Positions 37,979-47,318 of a stretch of 64,000 nucleotides of DNA are shown piece by piece; the stretch's first letter is position 1, and the number at the start of each line of letters is the position of its first letter. The stretch covers positions 3,136,001-3,200,000 of the forward strand of contig OY764216.1 of NCBI GenBank assembly GCA_963668315.1, in the 5' to 3' direction. Origin of the DNA: Spirochaetia bacterium (GTDB taxonomy: Bacteria > Spirochaetota > Spirochaetia > DSM-2461). A program made the translations under genes and the position numbers. The notes under the pieces are model-generated. The model did no database searches, was not told where the DNA came from, and was given only the letters and a program-made list of their open reading frames with translations.

Positions 37979-40684
37979 ATGGAATTACGGAAAATCAGCT
38001 GGTACCTTTACCCCCTGGCGGGATTTCTTCTTATTTTCGCCTTTTCCCAGACCCGGGCTTTTCAGTTCATGGAGTATCGTATTTTCGACCAGGCCCTGAG
38101 AGTTCTGCCCGCTCCCGCCGAGGACGAAAGAATTCTCCTGTTGGAAATTGACGACCCCTCCATCGCCGAGGCGGGAACCTATCCCCTGGGACGGGACATG
38201 ATCGCCGACGGCACCGTTTTCTTCTGGGAAAACGGGACGGATTACGCCGTTTTCGATTCGGACTACATCGATATCAGCCCCCGGGGTGTGGACGAACGGT
38301 ATCTGAGGGATACCATGCCCTATGAGGTCAGTTCAGCCGTGGGTGAGGTGGAGTCCTTCGGTACCGGCCTGGTGGACGCGTTCCTTTCCGGTCAGATTCC
38401 CCCCGAAGCGGCCGGCGACTATCTGGAGCAGTACCGTGAGTACTCCCGGTCCATGGAAGACCGCATCCTGGAGAGGATGGACCAGGTCGTGATGGATAAG
38501 GACGCCTACTTCGGAGAACGGCTGGCCCTGTACGGCAGGGGGATCATCTCCCTGGGGATCCTGGACGATGTGGATCCCTATGTGACCGACGACCGGCGGG
38601 AGGCGGGGAAACCATTTGCCCTTTCCCCTGTGGATGACAGGGGATGCCCCGTTGAAACCGCCCTGGACATCAGGCCTTCCATCTCCCCGATCAGCAGCCG
38701 TGCCCTGGCCCTGGGATTCACCCGGGTGAATATCGATGAAGACGGCGTCCGCCGGCGCATCAACCTTTTGTACCGCTGGAAGGATTTCTATTTTCCCCAG
38801 CTGGGATTCGCCCTGATCTCCGAACTCCTTCAGCCGGAATCCTATATTCTGACTGACAGAAGCATTATCCTGGAGGGGATGACCGGCCCGGCGGCGGGAG
38901 AGAGAACTTTTCTGACCATTCCCGTGGACGGGGAGGGGAAGATGCTCATAAACTGGCCCCATGCCACTTTTCGGGAGAGCTTCCGCCATCTTTCATTTTA
39001 TAAACTGATTGTCCATGATATTTATGCCGACAGCCTTATGCGTAATCTGGAACAGCTGGAATCCTGGGGCCTTCTGGGAATGTACGGGGGGGACAATCCC
39101 CTGGATCTACTGCGCTATTCACGGGACTATCTGGAGGGGGCCCTCGCCGGTGACGAATCGGCCGAAGGGGAGGAGTACCGGTCCATCCGCGATGCGGCCT
39201 ACCGGGCCGTTGCCGATCTGGCCTCCGGTGATTTCGAGACGGCGGCTCTGGATGAGATCGATTACTATCTGGGACTGCCCGATTTTCCCGAAGCCCAGAA
39301 AGGGGCGCTCGAGGATATGAGAGACGCCCTTCCCCTCCTGATGGATAATCTGGAAGAGCTGTCGGTGGAGATCATGGAGCTGCGGGAGGAAATTCATCAA
39401 TCTCTCAGCAATTCCTATGTCATTATGGGGTACACGGGAGAATCCACCGAAGATATCGGGGTGACTCCCTTCGAGAATCAGTATATGAATATGGGCCTTC
39501 ACGGAGCGGTCGTCAATACGGTGCTCCAGGGGGATTTCCTCGAAGAGGCTCCTTTCGGGATGACCGCCTTTCTCGCTTTTGTACTGACGGCAATCATTAC
39601 GGTCATGCTGCGCCGGAGCAGTCCCGCCCGTTCCATTTACACCGCTTCGTCCCTGGCCCTTATCAGCATCGCCGCCCTGCTGATCTTTTTCCGTCTGACC
39701 GGTATCTGGCCGGGATTTCTCATGCCCCTTTTGAGTCTGTTCGTTACGTCCCTCATTGTGATCATCGTCAAGTTCGTCTACGAGAACCGGGAGAAGGGTT
39801 TTATTAAAAACGCCTTCGGCCAGTATATGTCCACGGAGGTGATTAATTCTATTCTGCGCGATCCCTCCATGCTGCGCCTGGGAGGGGAAGAGAAGGAGCT
39901 GACCGCCGTCTTTACCGATGTGAAAGGGTTTTCCACCATTTCGGAGCAGTTGACTCCCCAGCAGCTGGTCGTGCTCCTGAACCGCTACCTGACCACATTC
40001 AGCGATATCATTCTGGAGCATAGGGGAACGATTGACAAGTTTGAAGGGGATGCGATCATTGCCTTCTTCGGAGCCCCGGCTAATCTGGAGCATCATGCCC
40101 GCGCCGCCGTACTGAGCGCCTTGGACATGAAGAAGGCCGAAAAGTGGCTTAACGTGGAATTTACCGGAGATTCGGGCCTTTCTCCCCAGCCCCTGCTGAC
40201 CCGAATAGGCATGAATACGGGTCCCATGGTGGTAGGCAATATGGGAACGACCCAGAAAATGGATTATACCATCATGGGAAACGCCGTGAACCTGGCCGCC
40301 CGGCTGGAAGGGGTGAACAAGCAGTACGGAACCTGGACTCTCTGCTCCCACTATACCTATGACATGGTCAGAGACGACGTGGTGGCACGCCCTCTGGATA
40401 AAGTCAGGGTTGTGGGCATCAAGGAACCGGTACAGCTCTATGAACTCTGGGAGGAATCGGCCCTGTCCACTCCTGAAATGCGGGAGCAGCTGGCTTTTTT
40501 TGAACGGGCCATGACGCTATTCAACGGGAGGAGCTGGCAAGAGGCGGAAAAGCTTTTCCGAGAGTATGAGTCCCTGTTCCCCGATGATAAAACCGCTTCC
40601 GTTTATATTAAACGCTGTGTCCAATATCAGAAAAATCCCCCCCGGGACAACTGGGACGGGGTCTATAATCTGACCGAAAAATAA
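37979..40684 (+). CDS. CHASE2-domain class III adenylate/guanylate cyclase
   Basis: IDEDGVRR, 3 TM, FTDVKGFS, DKFEGDA, DYTIMGNAVNLAARLEG. Confidence 0.92.
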   Translation: MELRKISWYLYPLAGFLLIFAFSQTRAFQFMEYRIFDQALRVLPAPAEDERILLLEIDDPSIAEAGTYPLGRDMIADGTVFFWENGTDYAVFDSDYIDISPRGVDERYLRDTMPYEVSSAVGEVESFGTGLVDAFLSGQIPPEAAGDYLEQYREYSRSMEDRILERMDQVVMDKDAYFGERLALYGRGIISLGILDDVDPYVTDDRREAGKPFALSPVDDRGCPVETALDIRPSISPISSRALALGFTRVNIDEDGVRRRINLLYRWKDFYFPQLGFALISELLQPESYILTDRSIILEGMTGPAAGERTFLTIPVDGEGKMLINWPHATFRESFRHLSFYKLIVHDIYADSLMRNLEQLESWGLLGMYGGDNPLDLLRYSRDYLEGALAGDESAEGEEYRSIRDAAYRAVADLASGDFETAALDEIDYYLGLPDFPEAQKGALEDMRDALPLLMDNLEELSVEIMELREEIHQSLSNSYVIMGYTGESTEDIGVTPFENQYMNMGLHGAVVNTVLQGDFLEEAPFGMTAFLAFVLTAIITVMLRRSSPARSIYTASSLALISIAALLIFFRLTGIWPGFLMPLLSLFVTSLIVIIVKFVYENREKGFIKNAFGQYMSTEVINSILRDPSMLRLGGEEKELTAVFTDVKGFSTISEQLTPQQLVVLLNRYLTTFSDIILEHRGTIDKFEGDAIIAFFGAPANLEHHARAAVLSALDMKKAEKWLNVEFTGDSGLSPQPLLTRIGMNTGPMVVGNMGTTQKMDYTIMGNAVNLAARLEGVNKQYGTWTLCSHYTYDMVRDDVVARPLDKVRVVGIKEPVQLYELWEESALSTPEMREQLAFFERAMTLFNGRSWQEAEKLFREYESLFPDDKTASVYIKRCVQYQKNPPRDNWDGVYNLTEK

Positions 40685-40851
40685 CGGTTTTCCTCCCATG
40701 CTCCCCGGTCCGTCAGTGAAGGGACCGGGGGGAAAGGAAGATTTTCATTGACAGTTCCGCCTGAGGGGGAGTAGCATATTACCATGCGTGAACGGTAACG
40801 CTGAAGTGCATGTATGATCTGCCGCGATTTGTAACTATTTCAGGGGGGATT

Positions 40852-42387
40852 ATGAATAATCTGTTTGAAGAGGCCAGCCCCGAATCGCAGGGAGTCTCTT
40901 CTCTGGCTGTCAAAGGCTTGCTCGATGCCTGTGAAGAGAGGGGAATAGAACTGAACAGCCTTATGGTTATCCGCCATGGCTGCAAAATCGCCGAGGGCTG
41001 GTATAAGCCTTACGGTCCGGAAATTCCCCATGCCATGCACTCTTTCACCAAATCGGTCAGCGCCATGGCAATGGGGATTGCCGAGGAAGAAGGTTTCCTT
41101 TCACTGAATGATAGGGTTATCTCCTATTTCCCCGATAAACTGCCTCTCCATGTCAGTGAGAACCTGAAGGAGATGACTATCGAACATCTTCTTACCATGA
41201 CCTGCGGCCACGAGGGGGAAACGCAGAGCTTTATGGGAAAAGACGGTACTGATTATGCCCGATGTTTTCTGGAACAGGATGTAACCTATAAACCGGGGAC
41301 CCATTTCGCCTACAATACCCTGGGATCGGATATGCTGGGCCTTATTCTTGTTAAGGCGACAGGACTCCAGATGACCGAATTCCTGAAACCCCGACTTTTT
41401 GATCCCCTGGGCATAAGCGGCTATTCCTGCACCCGTACCCATGAGGGGTTCGAGCATACCGGCGGCGGCCTTTTCCTCCGTACGGAAGATATGGCCCGGC
41501 TGGGACAGCTCTATCTGGACAGGGGAAAATGGAACGGCCGGCAGCTGGTGCCCGAAGCCTTTGTTGACTCCGCCACCAGATCCCACATCAGGCAGGAGAG
41601 AAATGAATGGAATAAGGGAGAGGAACTTTTTGCCGGATACGGCTATCAGTTATGGCTTAACACTATTCCGAATAGTTACCGCTTCGATGGATTCTACGGT
41701 CAGCTGGCCCTTGTTCTGCCCGATCAGGATATGGTAGTCGCCCTGACATCGTCAACCATGCGTATCGATACCTTGCTTACCCTGGTATGGGACTGCCTGC
41801 TGCCGTCAATCTCCGATTGCCCCCTGCCCGCAGATGAAAAGGCCGAGAGGGCATTAAGGGAAAAACTGGGACATCTTGAAATTATCTTTACCCGGTCCCG
41901 GAAAAGATCGGCACGGGAAAAGGAGATCGGCGGTAAAAAAATTATCTTCCCCCATAACGACTATTCCATGATTCCCGAAAACCGTGTCTGGCTACTGGAG
42001 CGGGAAGGCGTCCCGAGCCGGGGGATAGAAGAGTGTTCCTTTGTATTTGACGGGGAAACGTGCCGCATGACATTTCGTGAAAACGGGAAGGAAACCGTCC
42101 TGCCTCTGGGTATGGAAGGAGTGCCGCTTGAGGGTGTGCTGAACACTCCCGGGCTTGAACGCCATATCCTGGCGCTGGGAACATGGCTGAACGATGCTGT
42201 CCTGCAGGTGGAATGGCGCCATTACATGTCGGCCAATCACCGTTATATTCAGTTTGATTTTTCCGGGGAAGAGCCCCTGGTGACCTTCAGCGAGACACCT
42301 AACGATATCGACAGGGGAACGGATTTTCTCTATCGGCCCCGTAAAACGTTCCTGTGCTCCCTGGCGGTCAAGGGACGCGTGGGATAG
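40852..42387 (+). CDS. Serine hydrolase, beta-lactamase family
   Basis: SFTK, LLTMTCG, FAYN, GYGYQLW. Confidence 0.85.
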   Translation: MNNLFEEASPESQGVSSLAVKGLLDACEERGIELNSLMVIRHGCKIAEGWYKPYGPEIPHAMHSFTKSVSAMAMGIAEEEGFLSLNDRVISYFPDKLPLHVSENLKEMTIEHLLTMTCGHEGETQSFMGKDGTDYARCFLEQDVTYKPGTHFAYNTLGSDMLGLILVKATGLQMTEFLKPRLFDPLGISGYSCTRTHEGFEHTGGGLFLRTEDMARLGQLYLDRGKWNGRQLVPEAFVDSATRSHIRQERNEWNKGEELFAGYGYQLWLNTIPNSYRFDGFYGQLALVLPDQDMVVALTSSTMRIDTLLTLVWDCLLPSISDCPLPADEKAERALREKLGHLEIIFTRSRKRSAREKEIGGKKIIFPHNDYSMIPENRVWLLEREGVPSRGIEECSFVFDGETCRMTFRENGKETVLPLGMEGVPLEGVLNTPGLERHILALGTWLNDAVLQVEWRHYMSANHRYIQFDFSGEEPLVTFSETPNDIDRGTDFLYRPRKTFLCSLAVKGRVG

Positions 42388-42417
42388 GGAATATAAATAT
42401 GATCCAGGAGGGATTTT

Positions 42418-43242
42418 ATGAAAACATACAAGGATATAGTCTACAAAAAAACCGAGACGAGGGATCTTTGCCTTGATCTCTATCTGCCCGAGGACGCCGA
42501 CCCGCCCCTGATTCTGTGGATCCACGGAGGAGGCTGGCGGGACCTGAACAAGGAGTGGTGCCTCGTCATGCCCCAGCTCGACAAGGGGTATGCGATCTGC
42601 AGTGTGGATTACCGCTATACCGACGAGGAGGTTTTTCCCGCCCAGATGCATGATTTGAAGGACGCCCTGGCCTTCCTGAAGGAAAAAGCTTCTGAATACG
42701 GCTATGATTCGTCCCGTATCGCCGTATCGGGAGACTCCGCCGGCGGTCATCTGGCCGAGATGATGGGAGTGTCGGCAGGGAATAAAAACTGGGAAAAAGG
42801 GGAGGGCGATTACAGCGTTCAGGCGGTGGTGGATTTTTCCGGCGCCGTAAGAATTGAAAACCCCGAGCATGGGGACTGCTTTTCCCAGCTTGTCGGTGCC
42901 CCTATGGGGACGAAAACCTATGCTCAGAACGCGGCCATAGCCCGTCCGGTCCACTATATCGACGGCTCGGAACCTCCCTTCCTTATTCTTCACGGCTCGG
43001 CCGATCCGGTGGTATCCCAGGATGATCCCCGTACCCTCAGGAATGCCCTGGAACAGGCGGGCGTGCCGGTTCATATGTATCTGGTGCCCGGGGGAGACCA
43101 TGGGCTTTCGGGAAATATCGTCGATGGCGTGATCGGCGAATTTCTGGATTACTATCTCAAAGGGATAACAACCGTGATCACGCCGGAGCTGCAGCCCTGT
43201 CATGACAGGACGGTGCCCCTGACGGAGAGATATATCAGATAG
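42418..43242 (+). CDS. Alpha/beta hydrolase (esterase)
   Basis: HGGGW, GDSAGG, HGSADPVV, GDH. Confidence 0.9.
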   Translation: MKTYKDIVYKKTETRDLCLDLYLPEDADPPLILWIHGGGWRDLNKEWCLVMPQLDKGYAICSVDYRYTDEEVFPAQMHDLKDALAFLKEKASEYGYDSSRIAVSGDSAGGHLAEMMGVSAGNKNWEKGEGDYSVQAVVDFSGAVRIENPEHGDCFSQLVGAPMGTKTYAQNAAIARPVHYIDGSEPPFLILHGSADPVVSQDDPRTLRNALEQAGVPVHMYLVPGGDHGLSGNIVDGVIGEFLDYYLKGITTVITPELQPCHDRTVPLTERYIR

Positions 43243-43285
43243 GCGAACGGGACAAAACAGAAAGATAAGAATATAATAAACCGCC

Positions 43286-44068
43286 ATGGACAGTTCTCGC
43301 ATCAAGGAAATACGATTTTCCTTTATAGCTTTTTTCTTTTCCCTTCTCTTCTCTTTTCTCATTCGCTTTCTCTATCTCTGGGGAACCCCCCTCTGGTTTA
43401 ATACGTTCCCCCATGCCTCCGCCCATCGGTTTCTGCTGGCTTTAAGCCTCTATTTTCTCTGCTGCGCGGTTTTCTTTTTTCTTCAGCTGGTCCGGGAAAT
43501 CGGAGAAGAAAAAAAACGCTTCCGGGAAATCTTTTTCCCCTCCTTTCTTCCTGCGGTGCTCTTTGCGGTTCTCGTTCTGTCCGGAATGTCACTTCAGGGT
43601 TTGCAGAGATTTGCGGGGATGGCCGATACGGCCTTCTGGTTTATCGTGGCGGTAACCTTATTCTCCCTGCGAAGAAAAACTCCTTCCCGGCCGATGGGGA
43701 AAATCATGACCCTGTGGCTTGCCTCCGCCGGGATTCACTTCATTCTGGAAATCCTTTCCCTTCTCTTCCTTATACCCGGCCTTCCGGCGATCACCCTGCA
43801 GTTTCTGCTATTTTCTCTCTGCTCCCTCTATTCAGGGTTAAGCTCTCCCTTTCCTCTGGCGGAGAATGCCGATGAAGCGGCGCAACTCTACGGCTTGTCT
43901 CCCCGGGAGAAGGACGTCCTTTCTCTTATCATGGAGGGCAGAACAAACGAGCAGATCGGGGAGGAACTCTATATTTCTCTCTCCACGGTAAAAACCCATG
44001 TGTCGCGAATTTTCGAAAAAACAGGGGCGAGAAACAGGCTTGAGGCCGCGGCTTTATGCCGAAAATGA
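43286..44068 (+). CDS. Membrane-anchored LuxR-type regulator
   Basis: Multiple TM segments plus LSPREKDVL..TNEQIGEELYISLSTVKTHV. Confidence 0.85.
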   Translation: MDSSRIKEIRFSFIAFFFSLLFSFLIRFLYLWGTPLWFNTFPHASAHRFLLALSLYFLCCAVFFFLQLVREIGEEKKRFREIFFPSFLPAVLFAVLVLSGMSLQGLQRFAGMADTAFWFIVAVTLFSLRRKTPSRPMGKIMTLWLASAGIHFILEILSLLFLIPGLPAITLQFLLFSLCSLYSGLSSPFPLAENADEAAQLYGLSPREKDVLSLIMEGRTNEQIGEELYISLSTVKTHVSRIFEKTGARNRLEAAALCRK

Positions 44069-44150
44069 CCGAATCATACTTTCGGCGGATACAGGAAAAT
44101 CAGGAAAAACCGATAGGATACACCGGATGAATGAATCCAAGGAGGTTTAC

Positions 44151-45335
44151 ATGAAAAAAATGCTGTCTGGAGTCCTGCCTTTTCTGGCCATGTTCGTACT
44201 CGTCACAGGGAGCGTTGTCCTATCCTGCGCCACCGGTTCCTTCCGTGATGACAGGCTAGTTTCCCTGAAGGCGGAAGTCACCCCGGAAGGAAAAATCCTT
44301 ACCCTGTGGGTACTGTCGGAAATACAAAGCGTAATTGTCGTGGATGGGAGCAACCGGTCAAGGAAAATCGAGCTGACTCCCGATGAATGGCGCTACGACG
44401 GCGAGGAGGGGGTACTGACACTCCGGAAGGATGTTCCCTTTGAGACGTCTTATGCCGTGGTTCAGGGGTGTCCTTCTGCGCCGCCGACCTTTATCCTGAC
44501 AAACATAGGGAATTATGACGATCTGCTGGTCATACTTGATAACCGGCTAGCCATCGAAGGATATGACTATACCGTTGACCGGGACTCGGATCGCCTGATG
44601 TTCCGCGAGGGGGTGAACCTTAACCGGGAGGAGTGGTTCATCCGTTATCCCGGGGAAGAGGGAACTGTTAGTCTGGGAGAGGGGAAGCCGGAGAACCGCG
44701 ATAAGATCGCCTACCTGGAAGCGGAGCATCAGAAGCGGTTTCTCGATTCATGGTACGACAAACAGGAGGCCTTCTGGTTTTTAGAGGAAGGCGATGGCCG
44801 GGGAAAGCCTCAGCTCGTAAGACGGGCCGCTACGGACGGGGAGCGGCGGGACATGAAATCCTTCCCCCTCTCGGTCTGGAAAGTACGGTCCGATGCGCGG
44901 TTGTCCGAACTGTCCAGGGAGATGGGGTTTTCCCTGTCCCTGCCGGAGGAAATCGCCGTAAAGGAGTCTATTCCCTTTCTGATGACGGGCAAGACCATTG
45001 AGGAAACCTTCAGCGAAGGGAAACTTGTCAGGAAACTCCATATAAGCTATGAAAATGGCGAGAACAGCGTGGACCTTGTTCTCGTCTCCCGGGGAGAGGT
45101 TGAGCCGGAAGCTCCGGAACGGGTGATAGATGATCGGATCATCGATCTGGGCCGGCCCGTTCGCCGTGTCCGTCAATGGGGTCTTGTCTCTCAGGGGATG
45201 GGGGAAAAGCCCGAAGTCGGCAGTTATACCTCCTGGACCTGGAGTCAAGGGGATGTCCGTTATTTTATCGGCTGTGAATCGGACGAGGAAGAGCTGTACC
45301 GGTCGATCATAAGCCGAATCCTGAAAAAGGGGTAG
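44151..45335 (+). CDS. Putative lipoprotein, unknown function
   Basis: AGGAGG RBS; hydrophobic N terminus ending VLSC. Confidence 0.6.
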   Translation: MKKMLSGVLPFLAMFVLVTGSVVLSCATGSFRDDRLVSLKAEVTPEGKILTLWVLSEIQSVIVVDGSNRSRKIELTPDEWRYDGEEGVLTLRKDVPFETSYAVVQGCPSAPPTFILTNIGNYDDLLVILDNRLAIEGYDYTVDRDSDRLMFREGVNLNREEWFIRYPGEEGTVSLGEGKPENRDKIAYLEAEHQKRFLDSWYDKQEAFWFLEEGDGRGKPQLVRRAATDGERRDMKSFPLSVWKVRSDARLSELSREMGFSLSLPEEIAVKESIPFLMTGKTIEETFSEGKLVRKLHISYENGENSVDLVLVSRGEVEPEAPERVIDDRIIDLGRPVRRVRQWGLVSQGMGEKPEVGSYTSWTWSQGDVRYFIGCESDEEELYRSIISRILKKG

Positions 45336-45452
45336 GGCGGGGAGGTCAACTCCCGGCAGCTTATTGCCAAAAAACGTTTATATCTATACAATAGCCGGGT
45401 ATATTATTATTGTTACCCGGCACGTCCGGGCTATTAAGGACGGTATAAAAAC

Positions 45453-45752
45453 ATGAAAAAAGAAGAGCTGCTAACCACAGCCTCTCTGGCCCTTCTGGAG
45501 CTGGAGGACGGCGAAGTGGAACGTCTGGGCGAAGAAGTCGCCCGTATGCTGGATTACTTCGAAATGATGACCAAACTGGACGTGGACGGCCTCGAGCCCA
45601 CCACCCACGCTTTCCAAAAAGAAAATCGCCTTCGCGCGGACAACCTTAATAATAACAATAATAATATAAATAATAATTTCAATAATGATCTGATCATGGA
45701 GAACGGCAACGACGTGGAGGACGATTTCTTCGTCATTCCCAACGTTCTGTAG
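45453..45752 (+). CDS. gatC: Asp/Glu-tRNA amidotransferase subunit C
   Basis: LALLEL..MLDYF..LDVDGLEPT..LRAD..FFVIPNVL; upstream of gatA. Confidence 0.9.
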   Translation: MKKEELLTTASLALLELEDGEVERLGEEVARMLDYFEMMTKLDVDGLEPTTHAFQKENRLRADNLNNNNNNINNNFNNDLIMENGNDVEDDFFVIPNVL

Positions 45753-45929
45753 AAGGGAAGGGGGGCTCCCAGTCCCGGACGTTCCGTCCGGCCCTGCGAC
45801 CGGGTTTTCCGCTCGAACAGCCTTCATGCGTCCGGCCTATCCGGCTCTGTGCCCGCCGCCGGGCCGTACGCGGCTGTAACCGCTCCAACCCCTGCCCCGT
45901 ACGCTCAAGTTTAAAATCAAGGAAATAGA

Positions 45930-47315
45930 ATGAAAGATTTGCAAGACTGGAAGCGAGTGTTGTCCACTCCCGAATCGGTCAAGAAATACAAAGAATACGT
46001 CAGCACCTGGGAGAAGAAAATCGGCTCTCTCCTGGAGTGGAAGCTTCCCGAGAAGGGCGCCGCCGCCCAAGATTCCCCCCTGGCCGGCATTCCCTTCGCC
46101 GTGAAGGATAATATCGCCGTGGAGGGCTACAAGCTCACCTGCGGCTCCAAAATCCTGGAATTCGTAAAGGCCCCCTATACGGCGACGGGCGTGAAAAGCC
46201 TGCAGGACGCCGGCGGCTATGTCATGGGCAAAACCAATCTGGACGAGTTCGGCATGGGCTCCTCCACGGACAACTCCGCCCTCAAGCAGACGAACAACCC
46301 CTACGACACCTCCCGCGTGGCCGGCGGTTCCTCCGGCGGCTCGGCTGCGGCTGTGGCGGCGGGAATCGTTCCCTTCGCCCTGGGTACCGATACGGGCGGC
46401 TCCGTACGCCAGCCCGCCGGTTTCTGCGGCATCTACGGTCTCAAACCCACCTACGGTGTCGTTTCCCGCTACGGCCTCACCGCCTACGCCTCCTCCCTGG
46501 AAGTGTGCGGCGTCTGCGCCCGTACCGTGGATACGACAAGAGAAGTATTCCATGCCATGAGAGGCAAGGACGAGATGGACCAGACCACCATCGACTACGA
46601 GCCCGTTTCGGCGGAAGCCAAAACCGTGGGCGTCCTGAAAATCGCCGAAGGCAGCCTCTCCGATGATGTGGCCGCCTCCTACGAAACAAGCAAGAAACGG
46701 CTGGAGAAGCTGGGATACATCCTCAAGGAGATCGAAATCCCCGCCATGGAGTACGTGGTTCCCGCCTACTATACCATCGCCACCGCCGAAGCGAGCGCCA
46801 ACCTGGCCCGTTTCAACGGCATGCGCTACGGCCTCTCTCCCATATTCGCCGAATCCCCCGACGACCTGATGCGTTACAGCCGGAACCTGGGATTCGGGGA
46901 AGAAGTAAAGACCCGTATCCTTCTGGGGACCTTTGTCCTCCGTTCCGGCTTCCAGGACCAGTACTACGTGCGGGCCCAGAAAATCCGTACCCTGATCCGC
47001 CAGGAAGTGGATGGGATCTTTGACGAGTGCGACGTGATCATGCTGCCCCTTTTTCCTTCGGCGGCTTTCCATCACGGCCAGTCGGACCTGACCTCCTTCC
47101 AGCAGAAACAGGCCGACCTCTATACCTGTCTGGCCAACCTGACCGGAGCTCCCGGCCTGGCCGTTCCCTCCTCCGTTGAGAAGGGCCTTCCCGTGGGCAT
47201 CCAGCTGATGGCACCTCCCTGCGGAGAGGACCGGCTTTTTAACGTGGCGGAGAACCTGGAAAAGGAGTTCCCCGCACCCAGACCGGCCGGATACAGCGAA
47301 GAGTGGAGGGCGTAA
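45930..47315 (+). CDS. gatA: Asp/Glu-tRNA amidotransferase subunit A
   Basis: AVKDNI, GKTNLDEFGMGSS, GGSSGGS, GTDTGGSVRQPA, EASANLARF. Confidence 0.96.
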   Translation: MKDLQDWKRVLSTPESVKKYKEYVSTWEKKIGSLLEWKLPEKGAAAQDSPLAGIPFAVKDNIAVEGYKLTCGSKILEFVKAPYTATGVKSLQDAGGYVMGKTNLDEFGMGSSTDNSALKQTNNPYDTSRVAGGSSGGSAAAVAAGIVPFALGTDTGGSVRQPAGFCGIYGLKPTYGVVSRYGLTAYASSLEVCGVCARTVDTTREVFHAMRGKDEMDQTTIDYEPVSAEAKTVGVLKIAEGSLSDDVAASYETSKKRLEKLGYILKEIEIPAMEYVVPAYYTIATAEASANLARFNGMRYGLSPIFAESPDDLMRYSRNLGFGEEVKTRILLGTFVLRSGFQDQYYVRAQKIRTLIRQEVDGIFDECDVIMLPLFPSAAFHHGQSDLTSFQQKQADLYTCLANLTGAPGLAVPSSVEKGLPVGIQLMAPPCGEDRLFNVAENLEKEFPAPRPAGYSEEWRA

Positions 47316-47318
47316 AAA

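Noticed and set aside
40703..40730. CCCCGGTCC/GGACCGGGG hairpin after the cyclase as an intrinsic terminator
   Set aside because: The stem is real but there is no U-tract on the + strand; function cannot be supported
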